A stretch of 63,552 nt of DNA, the filler included, from Perkinsus chesapeaki ATCC PRA-425 (taxonomy: Eukaryota > Protista > Perkinsozoa), in the NCBI GenBank assembly GCA_013115145.1. It is 3 parts of 3 records of this genome, joined end to end, with 100 filler letters (N's around TTAATTAATTAA, not from the genome) between each part and the next. Parts side by side here need not be neighbours in the genome. Positions count along the whole stretch, not along the records: positions 1 to 30,167 come from JAAPAO010000441.1; positions 30,268 to 56,183 come from JAAPAO010000516.1; 1 more part is not named here. The stretch is one strand, 5' to 3'. Positions within the stretch are counted from its first letter, which is position 1, and every line of letters begins with the position of its first letter. A program made the position numbers and the translations under genes. Positions 25,856-38,063 of the stretch are shown piece after piece. Below the pieces are notes generated by a model. It was not told where the DNA came from and searched no databases. It saw nothing but the letters and a program-made list of their open reading frames with translations.

Positions 25856-28700
25856 AATGAATCCGTCGGAGTCGGCGAAAAAGGCGGCGGTCCTGAGATG
25901 CAAAATATGGAGGAAGAGCGAGCGCGGTAGGAACTATGCAGTATCGGAAGCATCCAGCTCAAATTGCGAGTCCAGTTAAGAAATTTCAGGACCGGACTTT
26001 CATGCATGACACATGGTTGTAGAATGTCAAAATGACCACGTCTTCCGCGCTGGCCCGTTTCGGGATTCGAGGACTGTTTCCTGTGAGAGGGACAAGAAGT
26101 GTTTTTTTTGTTATTTGAAACTCTACATATTCTCAACGGTTGTAGATTCACGGTATAACCTCTTCAGTGGAAGTCTCGTAACATTGAATCACCGCGGATA
26201 ACTTTCCTTCTCACAGGCCAACACTTGAGACACTATCACCGATCGGTTACGAGAAGGCGTCATCACCAAGCTTTGGTGGGGACATTCGAGGAGGTGATGA
26301 GGAAGCCGAGGACACTTCACCCTTATCACGGACGGCCCCAGGGGGGCCTTCACGGACGGCGAGCATCTATGATGATCTAAGTTCATTAAGTGAGGGAATG
26401 GATCGTCGCTGTTGCTCACGCTGGTTCCCACTGTGCGAGCTGCTTGAGTAAGATATTCCGCTATTTGCTCTCGGTGTCGTATATTCTGTTATAGCTTTGG
26501 AAGTAACGTTTCGTGATGAGCAAAAGTTTTGCTCCAAAACGTGAGAGAATATTAAGGTCTTTTACGAGCTTAGTAATGCTGGATGAAGCACGCGCTGAGA
26601 AAGCGTGGAAACTACAAAGAGGGGCAATTACAAGAGCGAATAAGGTGTGGGAAATAACAATTCCTCGAACAAGCCAGCGTGAATTTTCTTTTTATAAACA
26701 TTCTTCGCGCTACAGTGCGTTTGTTAGTGACGGTCGAAATATAGCGGCATCACACAGCACGACAGACCTGTTTTACGGGAAAAGATTTGTTGACAAGAGC
26801 GGTGTGGTTCGTTTCAGGCACGATAATTTCGAGAGATCTCCGGTTCACCGATGACATGTCGAGCGATGCGGCGGCAGCCACGGTTTTGCAGAAGTTAGAG
26901 AAACAGAACAAATGGCGATTTAGGAGTACTGGATGTCGATTGAATATCTTACTAGGTGAGGTCTGGTCAGTCTCTGAAAGGGAAGTCTCGTTTGGTCCCT
27001 TTTGGAACGTGTTTTCCTGAAGATTGGTTGATATCATATCTCTGCATTGGGAATACTGTCCGACCTTCTCCATGGGAGGCTAGATGAATTCTTGGTTACA
27101 TAACTTCAACGTTTTTTCACATTTGGCCTCCACATTTCTTATCCTTCCAGTTGGTCGGCCAGGCGTGGGTAAATCTACTCTACGTGACAAGATGATGCGT
27201 TCGGTAAGCCCCGAGGGTCTCAGGGACGTGCCCATTCGTTTCCCGTCAGTGGGTTGAAGTCGGGTCTCGACAAGGCTCGTTGGGTTTGCAGAGGATATAC
27301 CAGGTCACCGACAAACCTGCGGCCTTCAGTTTCCAAGTCACAATAGTGAGCTCGAATCACCACCTCACTCGATTGGTAATGAGATTCCTCAGACTGAATC
27401 TCCAGAGGTGTCCCAGCAGCTGGTTGAGAATTTGGAGATGTCTCTGCTGGCCTATCGTACTCGACGTCGACGACTCAGGCGAGATCAGAACCAGCGGAGA
27501 TTGCCGACGCTGGGAGACTGCAGTGCAGGCGACCAGGCCTTTCCGGACGATAGAATCCATGTGAGTTTCGGTGAACCTGATGGTGATTCGGATGGTGACA
27601 CAGGTGTGCCTGTTTATGATGCGAGCGGCTCCGTTGGGTAGCATGGACCTTTCACTGGATGTGATGAAGGGAATATCTAAGCTGACAAATCTGGTGGGCA
27701 GATCCAGTGGCTTTATTTAAAGAGTGCTGTTGCAATTACAGATACCGGTGTTAAGTAAAGTCGACCAAGTTAGCCGATTCGAGCTTTCCATGATAAGAGC
27801 TTCCGTGCGGCAATCGATTCTGGCAGCGAAGGTATCGATTACTCGAGTGTCGTGTTGGGATGCATGCAAGCGGTCGCCTCGTACAGATATTGCAAAGAAA
27901 ACTTTCCGGAGCTCGCTCGGCTTTTCACTATTGTGGTGATTCAGTGAGAAAATGCCATAGTTCCTGTGACGCCTTTGAGCGAATATTCCTTCACATTTTC
28001 AGAGCGGCGCAATTTTCATGGGTTTCTTCTGGAAACGCTGATGTTTTAGATTGCATTGTTCGAAGACTGGTACGGCTTTCGGTCGACATTAGCTCCTTCC
28101 ACTGGCGACTGCGACAACGGTGCATTGTCAGTGTACGCTGGCTATGGTGCCCTGGGTGCATCGACTGATACTTCCCAAGGTGAGGCATGGATCGACTTGG
28201 AGTAAATCCGGGAAACCTTCGAGGCCAGTGCGACTTTGCCACTTACGCAGGGACAAGCGAAAATGGCCAGAGCGACGGCAAAAGCTGCGAGGGAACCAAC
28301 GGGGATTTCTCCCCGGCCGATTCGTCAGCCTGCCCAACGCCGGTGGCAAAAAACCCTTTGTTGGCAAACAGTGGCGTGGCCGATGGCAGTAAGTCCTTCA
28401 ACGGTGAACTACCGACCAGCGGCTGCCTTCAGCACTTTACAATGGAGAGCTTCTCTACGGATTTTCACCGTTTTACGTACCGCCGTTCAACCCTCATGGC
28501 AGCAGCACCAACGGCAGCAATCGAGCACCGAGGCCCGGGGCTACATCGAGCCGCATGTGCCTGCTGCCTCATCCGGATCTATCGGTGAGTTTCGCTCATG
28601 GTCAAATCGATGTGTTACCTTCAGTTACACCAGCTACTGGAGCGCGAGCCAACGGCTGAATGTAGCAGTCAAATTGACGAGTTTCACACTTATATTAGGC
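25856..28700 (+). CDS. Hypothetical multi-exon protein (one or two genes)
   Basis: Successive exon-like frames bounded by GT/AG (for example 26787-27020, 27408-27641, 28187-28588). No domain recognised. Confidence 0.35.
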
Positions 28701-29670
28701 CAGCGCGCGGTGAGGATATCAGCTTAGAGAGTTCTCGTTAAAAGTTAGAAAGGTACTCGTGATATCACGGTAGACGAAGTGACACTTGAAGGTCGGCGAG
28801 AGGAAGAAAAATCACATGAAGTGATTCTGGTGACGGAGGTATTGGAGAAAGTGCTACTCTCAGAACCCATCTGAGCATCTGGCATCTATAACGCCATCTA
28901 GCTCCAACGTAGCCATAGCTGAGTCGGCTGTAGCTAGGCTACAAGGGCAGGTAAGACATGAATCTTGTCGAGGACGGGGTACTGGGGTTATACCGTAGGT
29001 GTTGCAGTCACCGTTAATATTGGATCAAGCGAGCACATATGACGAGCAAGACTTGCGGTAAGTGCTCGATGGCGAGGGGGAATAGAGCTGGAACGGTCAG
29101 AGAGAAAGTACTTGAATTGCTCCAGAAGGCGCGTGCTCAGTTGCTCAACAGTAGTGGGCGTTAGTCAGGGGCAGAAGCATTCGTGCGATGGTGCTTCGTC
29201 CCCTCCCAAATGTCGCATTTCCAGAGAAATGCCTGAAGAGCAACTGGGCGGGATGGGTGAGAAAACACTTTTCTGCCACTATACCGTTGATCTTTCCTCC
29301 GCGCGCCCGGTTCTGAACCTACGCAATTGTTGTTTGCATGGCGAATTCCTCCAGGCAACGTATGTGTAGAGGATACGGCCACTGATCAGCAGCTCCTGTC
29401 GTAGGAGCTGCTGATCAGTACACTGTACTGCTGACATACGAGTCCTATGGAGGCTGCTATCAGCAAGGCTTGTGGCCCTGATCTGAGTTTGCCACGAGTC
29501 CTGGTGGCCCAGGACCAAAGTACTGCCAAACTGTGGTCCCACTGAACTGTGTGTCTGTTCCATATCTCGGATAACAGAGGAAGTAGCTAAGCTACTGTAG
29601 CTTATAGCTATTGTCGCCTTGTCGTGATTCGTAATCATACAATAACGATAATCTCATTTCGCCTAGCATC

Positions 29671-29743
29671 TACCCCACCGGAGGATCGAACTCGGGATCT
29701 CCACCCTAGGAGGGTGGCGCCTTATCCATTAGGCTAGCAGGGC
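29671..29743 (-). tRNA. tRNA-Arg(CCT), array copy 1
   Basis: GCCCTGCTAGCCTAATGGATAAGGCGCCACCCTCCTAGGGTGGAGATCCCGAGTTCGATCCTCCGGTGGGGTA. Cloverleaf with anticodon stem CCACC/GGTGG and CCT anticodon. One T-stem mismatch. Confidence 0.85.
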
Positions 29744-29830
29744 TGATAAACGCAGAAACTTGCAGGTATTTTTGTCGCCTTGCCATGTTTTTAAGACAAC
29801 AACAACAATTGTCTCACATCGTCTGGTATT

Positions 29831-29903
29831 TATCCTACCCGAGGATCGAACTCGGAATCTTCACCTTAGGAGGGTGGCGCCTTATCCATTGGGCCAGCAG
29901 AGC
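29831..29903 (-). tRNA. tRNA-Arg(CCT), array copy 2 (possibly defective)
   Basis: Same cloverleaf 160 bp away, with a C:A mismatch in both the acceptor and anticodon stems. Confidence 0.8.
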
Positions 29904-29990
29904 TGATGAATTAATGACATGGTGGATTTCCCGGCGTCCTGCTAGCCTCTAAGGCAAGACAACGACAAATCTCTCACATGCTCTGGCGTC

Positions 29991-30063
29991 TACCCTACCC
30001 GAGTATCGAACTCGGAATCTCCACCTTAGGAGGGTGGCGCCTTATCCATTGGGCCAGCAGCAC
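29991..30063 (-). tRNA. tRNA-Arg(CCT), array copy 3
   Basis: Same cloverleaf, with a G:G mismatch in the acceptor stem and TTCGATA in the T-loop. Confidence 0.8.
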
Positions 30064-30150
30064 TGATGAATTGATGACATGGTGGATTTCCCGGCGTCCT
30101 GCTAGCCTCTAAGGCAAGACAACAACAATTGTCTCACATTGTCTGGCGTC

Positions 30151-30167
30151 TACCCTACCCGAGGATC
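30151..30167 (-). tRNA. 3' end of a fourth tRNA-Arg copy, truncated by the assembly gap
   Basis: TACCCTACCCGAGGATC at exactly the next 160-bp position, followed by Ns. Confidence 0.7.
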
Positions 30168-30320
30168 NNNNNNNNNNNNNNNNNNNNNNNNNNNNNNNNN
30201 NNNNNNNNNNNTTAATTAATTAANNNNNNNNNNNNNNNNNNNNNNNNNNNNNNNNNNNNNNNNNNNNCAAAAGGCAGATATACTGAAACCTACATAACTT
30301 ATCATCATAGCTCGTCATGC

Positions 30321-32388
30321 CTAGTGGGCACACGACATCAACATAATTAAGTGGCGCGCGGTCGAAGCCAAGGCGGCAGTACCTCCGCCTGAAGCCTCTT
30401 CCTTATCAGGTTGAGCTTCAGGAGGAGAACCTCGCGATGGTGACAAGGATATTTCAAACCAACCTGAACGAGTATCATAGCTCCACGCGTGCACATCACT
30501 ACTGCTGCGGCGCTGCGATGATCCTCTCCGGCGAGATACCTTACGCGGCGACCCTGCAGGCGGGCCATCTGAAGTTAAAATGTCCTCACTGGGAATCGAA
30601 CCTGTGTCTTCTTCACCACTATCAGGTCTTTCTTTCCTTCGCTTGTCGTCGGATGATCTCCTCTGTTTCGGACTTACCGGACGAACACCTCGTGGCTTCT
30701 CCCGCTCGAATCTATCTGAAGCAAATCGTCAAAGTAACATTTTCAACATCAGTTCGAGGAATAGTAAGCAACTTAGTTTGGTTAATCAGTTAGCATCCTA
30801 ATAGGAAGGCAATTTTCTGCTCACGAGAGATCGAATCTGAGTCAATGCTTCCGAAAGCCTCTCGCGGGCGAAACTTGGCGCCCATTTCGGAGAGCCCCCA
30901 AAGTTGGAGACTACAGGTTAACCAAGTTAAACCCTTTCACTTGAGGACGTCTCCCGATTGAGTTGGCACGCGCGTCCACCAGTATGTATCGTTTGGATAT
31001 TAATGGGCGAGCGAAATTGGTTTCTCTGACTGTGAGCAAAACTGAAGTTATTCGAGTTGTTAAAGTTGTTTTAGTTTATTTCGCTGAAGAAATCTGCTCG
31101 ATTTCTTAAAACGCGTCAAATAGGACTTTCAAACAAGTCGAAGGTGAGGTCAACTTTCGATTCACCGCTAGGGTGTTGGACAGCTACATGTATTCAAACA
31201 CTATTAGATGCCGTGCGTATCTCCCTTCAGTGTGAAATGCATGCATGAAGCTCTCACCTCTCGAAGACGGTGGACGCTCTATCTGTCTTTGTCTAGGTCC
31301 AGCTTGAGCATCGTCACGCGCCTTCCTCCAAGCATCGATATCTTTTGCATCCGACCGACGAGAGGCTGACCAAGAAAATTCAAGTCGATCCAGAAAGATA
31401 CGCCTCACTCCGCTTTGGCGATGAAGTTGATGATCTCCTCTCACGAACAGGCTCCTTTGATGATCGGCGACGACTCCTAGCGAAAAATACCGAATCGATC
31501 GCGTGATCGATTTACCTGCTCGGGCTTCTACTACTGTCCGAAGAGCTACTGCTGCTGCTATCACTCTCACTACTGCTGTCGGAATCAGACTCGCTATCAC
31601 TTGACGATGAAGAGGACGAGGACGAGGAAGATTCCGAGGGCGACCTTCGCCGACTTCGTTTAGTATCTCTCACTTTTGCTCGACCTCGACCATTGACTAA
31701 ACAGACGTCCTCCGCAAAACAGTCAATAGTCGTGAATAGGAGAGCTATTCAGATGATTTACCTAATCCCTCGGCACGCCTATTCAGATGATTTACCTAAT
31801 CCCTCGGAACGCCTTTGGAGGCGAATACTGACAGTTTCCGTGACACCATCGCCAACACATATCATTTGCAAGACACCTCATAAAAGTTGAATCCCGAGAA
31901 AAACCATTGAAATTAATTTCGTGGCGCGCTAGAAATGCGCCATCCAACAGCTCACCTTTCCTCTTTGTCGCATCAGCAGGCATTTTCGCATCCTTCATTT
32001 CACCTCTTTCTCTCTCTCCAAACCGTTTCGTGTCGTACAGAAAATTATTCCTGAAATTCGGAAATTTCTCGGAAATTTCTGGAAATTTTCCCTCACTTTG
32101 GAACGTCCGGCCCAGGATCCTCGTTAAACTTCGGCTGGTACTTTTTGCTCCGAATTTTTTGCATCTAAAAACGTCAGATGCCGGAATCGAACCCGCCACC
32201 TTTGACTTACCCGAGACATCCTGCTGGCATTCTTCGGAGGGTTCTTGCACTCATAACTCCAGTGACCGTACTGAAAAACGGCAAACATGCAACGAAAAGA
32301 GGGCGGAGCGAAGCACGCCTACCTGGAGGCAATTTTGGCACAAAATATCTTCCTTCGCCTTTGACGTTGCAGTTGAGAGTTTCAACAT
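30321..32388 (-). CDS. ZCCHC10-like zinc-knuckle protein with a Ser/Arg-rich tail
   Basis: MLKLSTATSKAKEDILCQNCLQ|YGHWSYECKNPPKNASRMSR|MQKIRSKK, followed by a long poly-Ser/Asp and RS-rich region. 3' end tentative. Confidence 0.7.
30577..30605 (-). other. tRNA 3'-end-like module, sense
   Basis: ACAGGTTCGATT CCCAGTGAGGACA TTTT AACTTCAG. The candidate 48-nt intron is in frame, so splicing is not proven. Confidence 0.65.
32167..32203 (-). other. tRNA 3'-end-like module (Asn-like end), sense in intron 32165-32210
   Basis: GTAAGTCAAAGGTGGCGGGTTCGATT CCGGCATCTGACG TTTTT AG. Splicing restores RMSR|MQKIR. Confidence 0.85.
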
Positions 32389-32711
32389 CCTGCCAAAGGT
32401 AACCAACCCAACCTACAAAATATCTTCATCCGTCACTGCGCCACAAAATCCTTCCGTTTGCTTGAGTAAATAAGCAGACATTGAAATTTCCATTCCAACT
32501 TCAACCCTTCCTATCGCCAAGACCTAATTCTGACTCTGATAGGGATATGTTCTGAACAACTTCCCTAATTAACAACTCCCACAGCTTTAATCACCACGTC
32601 CGATGACATAGCCCTTCTACTTCTCACTCCCCCCACTCTGAAAAACTTCAACTCAATAACGTTGAACTACTACTAACAATAATAATAATAATAATTATTG
32701 CGTGCATGCAT

Positions 32712-35700
32712 TCATCCATTTGATTCGTCAGAGTAAGAAGAGTCGCTGTCATCTTTTTCCTCATGGCCTTCCGAGGATCCTTCAGAGGAGCTATCGATGC
32801 TCTGATAATCCTCCTCTTGCCGGCGGCGATGAGTCGACCGATCTCGGCGAGAATAAGCAGCCCCGACGTTATCTTCTTCGTCTAACAATCGAAAGGCCGT
32901 CGGGTCAAATCCCACGGCGAGCATTTACATGATGACGAAGCCACTTGAGTAGTTCCTTCTGGATTGAGCTTGGCAATCTCGACACCAAGACGATGGATTA
33001 TTTCCTGAATTAAAATGCCTCTACAAAGAATCGAACCTGTGCCTCCAGTAGCCCACATCGTCGGGAACACACAGCAGTGAACACCAATCCGACACCGCGC
33101 GCTCGTCTTCGGAAGAAAATCTATAGATTCGGTCGGAAGCCTCTCCCTCGCTCGCAAACCTCTGTTCCTCACGCAACCGAAACGCTTCCATCCACGCGGA
33201 GACCTGAATATCCAAATCGATCACGTGATCGATTTCATCATTCCTACAAATATGTCATCAACGCCCATGTTGTTCCTCCTCAAAGATGGATCGGCGTCAC
33301 ATTCTTCAACAAGGAAATGCGTCATTTCAAAGTCCAACAAACCAACGACCAGATTCAGTGCTGGCGTCATACCTAACAATCGAAAGGTCGCGGGTTCGAA
33401 CCCCGCCGGCTCCATTTTTCACCTGCTGTTCCCACTGGACAGTTGACAAGATTCCTTACCGCTTCGGGACCATGTCTCTCGCGCATCTGGGAAATTTTCC
33501 GTCAAAAAATCGGAAAAATGTTGGAAAATTTCCTTACCGCACCGAGTAGTATTTTTGCAGCACTAAACTGACGAACATCAATGGCGATATCAGCTGCTGT
33601 GCAACCTTCCCGATTGGGAACACCGGCATCCGCACCGTGACCTAGAACGTAAAACATGAATCGCTTCGCTCCGCTAAACCACTCATTCCATTTCTGCCGT
33701 TATATCGATCACTTAAGCTCGAAGTCGACTTGTGCAGAGTAAGCCGTTTGTGAATTGATAGAGAGTATTGCCAGCGAGCTGTCGCGAATTAACTTAAATG
33801 CCATCATCCGTAACGATAAGAAGATCGCGTCATCAAAAATCGATTCCCCCTGACCAATATGGACTATAGTCATCGAATGCATCGGTCAACATCAGATAGA
33901 CGATATCATCTTATTTAACAAAATAAAACATAATACCAATTAATCTACTGTCGGTAATAATACCTCAGCCAGGGATCGAACCCACGATCTTACCCAGGAG
34001 AAACGAGATGAGCTCCACTCCGCCATCCGGTCGTCCAGCCACTCTATGCAGTGGAGTTTCGCCGGTCTTAGGATTTACGTAGTTCACATCCGCCCCGAAA
34101 TCTTCTACGCAAATCCGAACCATCGAGATGACCGACTCCTCCATATTTCGGCACACCTGACCGGAAGGAAAGGTGGGAAATATATTAACTGTTGATTGCA
34201 CACACTATAATTAAAGTTTTCAGAAAATTTTTTTTTGTCACGCAGGAAAATTTCCGATAAATTAATCGTCAAACTTATTATTTTCCCCCCGATAATATCG
34301 TCCATAAATTGCCCCTCTCTCCAACTTACTCTCATCAGCGTCGACTCTCCAGTATCACTCGCCACGGCATTAGCCTCTGCTCCAGCCTTCACCAACACAT
34401 CGAGGATACTCTTATCGACGCCCATCTCAACCGCCAACTGAAACGGTGTGGCCTTTCTGTTCGAAAAAGTATCAACCTGGCAAAAGTCTTAGCGGAGCGA
34501 AGCACCATTTTTTTCACTTCGGCGCCGGCCGCCAGCAGCAATCTGACCACGCCAAGGCGGTTGGAATCTTCCGGTCCTCGCAAAGCTCCGAAGAGCGCCG
34601 TCTCACCACCGGCGATTTTCTTGTTGACCTCCGCTCCGCTGTCAATAAGAAGTTTGCAAATTTCAATATCACCCTTTTCGGCTGATAAATACAAGACGCT
34701 CTTGCCGTTCCAAGGCACCAAATTCGGCTTCGCTCCGCCTAAAAATAAACGACAAAATTTGTAAAACAAACAGAACCACAAAGACGTATCGATACGGAAA
34801 CGAATACGTTTCGCCCCTCCCCGCAACCAACGCATTCCGACTCCCTCGAAGATCCGAGACTCCGACGAAATTCTGAATCCTACCAGGTAAAGCCTCTCAA
34901 CATCACAACGCCTCCTGCCATTTCTCACGCGCCACGAAACTCCTCACCTGCAAGCAGTATTTTCGATAGCTCGTAATGTCCTTTCTCGACAGCGGTGTGC
35001 AGCGGAGTGACGCCAGTTTTCGGATGAGGTAGGTCCAACTCCGCTCCGCTCTCGATCGCCATCTTGCACGCTTCAATATCATTTCTCCTGACAAAAATCG
35101 ATTCCATTGCTGAAGAAGAACACTAACTCATCCTCAACCATCTCCTAACGTTCCCCAACAAAAAAGCCTAAAATTTTTCAAAAATTTCAACTTTTCATTT
35201 CAAAAATTTTCCTCCACTTACTCAGCTGCCGAGTGTAAATCCATAGCCTTCAGCAATGCCTGAGTCTGTGCATCCTCGGTCATCTCCATCAACGTCCTTC
35301 CATTAGCATCCGTCACATTCAATTGCGCTCCATTAGAAACCAAGCACTTTATCTAAATCTTGCTAATCTTACTAAATCTTGCATTTCCTCAACGCTTTCT
35401 CACCATGTCCCTATCGTCCGCTGCCACTGCTATCATCAATGACGTGTCCCCCTCTGGTCCAATGACATTCGGGTCTGCCGAGAATTCCAACAACACCGAC
35501 GCCATTCCCACAGAGCACCCATTCTTAACAGCCTAAGAACGCCCCTCTTCAAGTAGAATCATTTTGCACGCATGCGCACGCTACCAGGATGAGCAATGGT
35601 TCGCTTGTAGCCTCATCCACCAAAGTGGCTTCGACACCGTTTTTGAGGAGAGACCGCATGCTGCTCACAGCGTCACCAGAAGCTTCATTTGGCGTCATAG

Positions 35701-37581
35701 ATGCCGACCGCTGTAGAAAATGCGACTAAAAATGACAGGTGCCGGGATCGAACCCGCGACAACTACGACAAACCTTCTTTCCTCCATTAGCAACTCCCAG
35801 GGAGCCGAACGAGGCGTTCCTGAGATGAGGCAATAATTTTGAGGCGCGCGGTCACTGCTACCTGCTGAAGTGCTTTTCAACATCACTACTACCGCTGCTC
35901 GCACGTAGTGCTGAGAGACTTCCAGAGGAGTCCGATGAGGCATCGGACGAGGTGTCATCGTATATCTCATCATATTTCTCGCCGAATCTACCAATCAAAT
36001 CGATCATTGAACGCATGCACACGACGTGGCTCGCAAGCTGAGCTATTTTGTATCTTTTCAAACCCACCTTGCTAAAGCAATCGCCAAAATATTCCGAATT
36101 TCCAACACAGCATTGGCCACTTCAGTAAACTTCTCAGTGGTATCTTAGGTCGACGCATGCAAGATACACAAAAGGTCAACAGCCTTACTATCTCCTCCTA
36201 AACCATCAAGAGACCTTACACTTCCCGTTAATGATCTGGACCTTCCCTTCTTCCCCTCAATTGCCGTGGTCATCAACCCGCTCAACTTCGCAGTCTCCCT
36301 CCGCCTCAGCGATTTACTCTCCACCATTATCTCTGATGACGGGAGTAGTATTCACACTTTCGCACGAACTCTGTTCCCAAATATATTTTACAAAGTTCTG
36401 ATCTCCTCAGATCTGTGAATCCCACCAAATTTAAAAAACGGTACAACTGCAGATAATAAGCTACCGATTCATTGCTACCTCACTCATTTACGGCCTTCAA
36501 ATTGGCTTATATCCAAATCGCTCATTTACAGTTAGTTTGCTCGTATTTACTTGGAGATGAATCCACCGAACACGTGTCATTCGGGAAGACTCGATAAGCG
36601 CAGAAAGTAGCAAGGTAACATCCAAGAGTAGTACGAGTTGTCGGATTAAGACAGCTGCTGGTTGTTCAGTAGCATACAAATTATACTCTACCGATATCCG
36701 ATGATATCTATAATGCTGCAGTGCCATGTAGTGTAGATTCTATGTTGAGATATTATTAGTATTCAGGCAACCCATTATTTTCATCACTACTATTTATACC
36801 GTCCCCTTTTTCTTACTTAATCCACTGACGTCGAATGGTGAAGTCGCGTAGTTAATCGCTGTCAAGTTGGACTCGTCCATTATCAAAGGATTCGCTCCGC
36901 CATCCAAAAGATACGAAACAATATCAACCTTCAAATCCTTGATTGCAACATGCAAAGGCGTACCTAAAACACTAGCTATACCCAAATCGATCGCGCGATC
37001 GATTACGTTGATCCACTGGACTTATTGTATTCACCGCAACAGACTCAATTTCAGTCATCACATCTACCGCTGCATCCCTTCCCCACCGGACCGCCAACAT
37101 CAGTAACGTGTCTCCGGTTTTCAGCTCATCAATTGCGAACGGAGATACCACCTCGTCCGCAATAAGGTCGATAAAACTCTAAAAAGCACCAGCCAGGAAT
37201 CGAACCCACGCCCTTTCCAATGGCAGCCTACATCCATATCGTTCTTAGTTATACAATACACCGCTTTTGCCTCCATATAAAGCGTCACCGACTCCGGACT
37301 ATTTGATATTCGCTCCAATAAATCATCCCTCTTCAACTTAACCAATTCAGTGAACGATCCGCACAACCCAGTAGCGTCATAGTCACCCTGACACACATTT
37401 CTTGCGCGCCACAAAACTCTTCACATACCGCTATAAATAGGTATTCCTCACAAACGTAATCGTCGGCCTTCAGACTCCTAACCTCCTCCGAGACGACTTC
37501 CTCCTCCTCATCGGCGCTCTCGTTGCGGATCTTCCTACTTTGTGGCGATCGTTTTGTAACATCACTGAGGACGATCACCAT
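32712..37581 (-). CDS. Multi-exon ankyrin-repeat protein
   Basis: Ankyrin repeats: TPLHVAIKDLKVDIVSYLLDGGANP, GDTSLMIAVAADD, TGVTPLHTAVEKGHYELSKILL, GETALFGAL, TGETPLHRVAG..LISFLL|GHGADAGVPNREG, GMTPALNLVVG. Acidic Ser-rich C-terminus ends at 32712. Start approximate. Confidence 0.85.
32882..32926 (+). other. tRNA 3'-half-like module, antisense, filling intron 32882-32928
   Basis: CTAACAATCGAAAGGCCGTCGGGTCAAAT CCCACGGCGAGCA TTT. Degenerate T-loop; shares 15 nt with the 33372 copy. Confidence 0.7.
33012..33044 (-). other. tRNA 3'-end-like module, sense
   Basis: AGGCACAGGTTCGATT CTTTGTAGAGGCA TTTT AATTCAG at the 3' end of an intron. Confidence 0.65.
33372..33419 (+). other. tRNA 3'-half-like module (Val-AAC-like loop), antisense, filling intron 33373-33422
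   Basis: CCTAACAATCGAAAGGTCGCGGGTTCGAACCCCGCCGGCTCCA TTTTT with a perfect T-stem GCGGG/CCCGC. Splicing gives PVGTA|GMTPAL. Confidence 0.85.
33959..33991 (-). other. tRNA 3'-end-like module, sense, at the 5' end of intron 33642-33993
   Basis: GTAAGATCGTGGGTTCGATC CCTGGCTGAGGTA TT. Confidence 0.75.
35728..35760 (-). other. tRNA 3'-end-like module, sense in intron 35726-35773
   Basis: GTCGCGGGTTCGATC CCGGCACCTGTCA TTTTT AG. Confidence 0.8.
37181..37226 (-). other. tRNA 3'-half-like module (Gly-GCC-like), sense in intron 37179-37231
   Basis: CTGCCATTGGAAAGGGCGTGGGTTCGATT CCTGGCTGGTGC TTTTT AG. Both the CT-GCC-A loop and the TGC end are Gly-like. Confidence 0.8.
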
Positions 37582-38063
37582 TCCACGCCATGTTCGCCGT
37601 CTATATTTTTTGAGAAACGGTTTATGCCACTTATGCATTGACAATACGTAAAAACTAATATATTAAAAAACTAAATGTTAAGAATGTAAAAGAATACAAA
37701 TACATACAGAATTATATAGAATATAAATAAATACTTAGAACTCTTCAATGAGAACTCTAAAAAGTGGATGCATGAGAGCACCTGTTGAAAGTTCAACCGT
37801 CTTTAGATGACCGGTACTGCATGCAAATTGCAGTCAAAGCATGAAACCGTCGATGATCGATATCTCGATATCGATTAGCTTCTCCATACATTTTTGGGCT
37901 TAAAATTTACCAGATTTTCCCCCACAGGATGGATTAAGTTATCAAACAAGAAATACTCTAGCACTTTTCCACGAATGCAGAATATTATTTCAATCCCTAA
38001 AATACTTCTTCATAAAATCCTCTATTTGATTAAAAAATGACCGCAGCGCCACGAAATTAAATC

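Noticed and set aside
28907-28920. CGTAGCCAT matching part of the dinoflagellate/Perkinsus spliced leader
   Set aside because: Only 9 nt match and the TGGCTCAAG half is absent. Within chance.
30168-30267. TTAATTAATTAA flanked by Ns (also 56184-56283)
   Set aside because: Assembly spacer with stops in all frames, not biological sequence.
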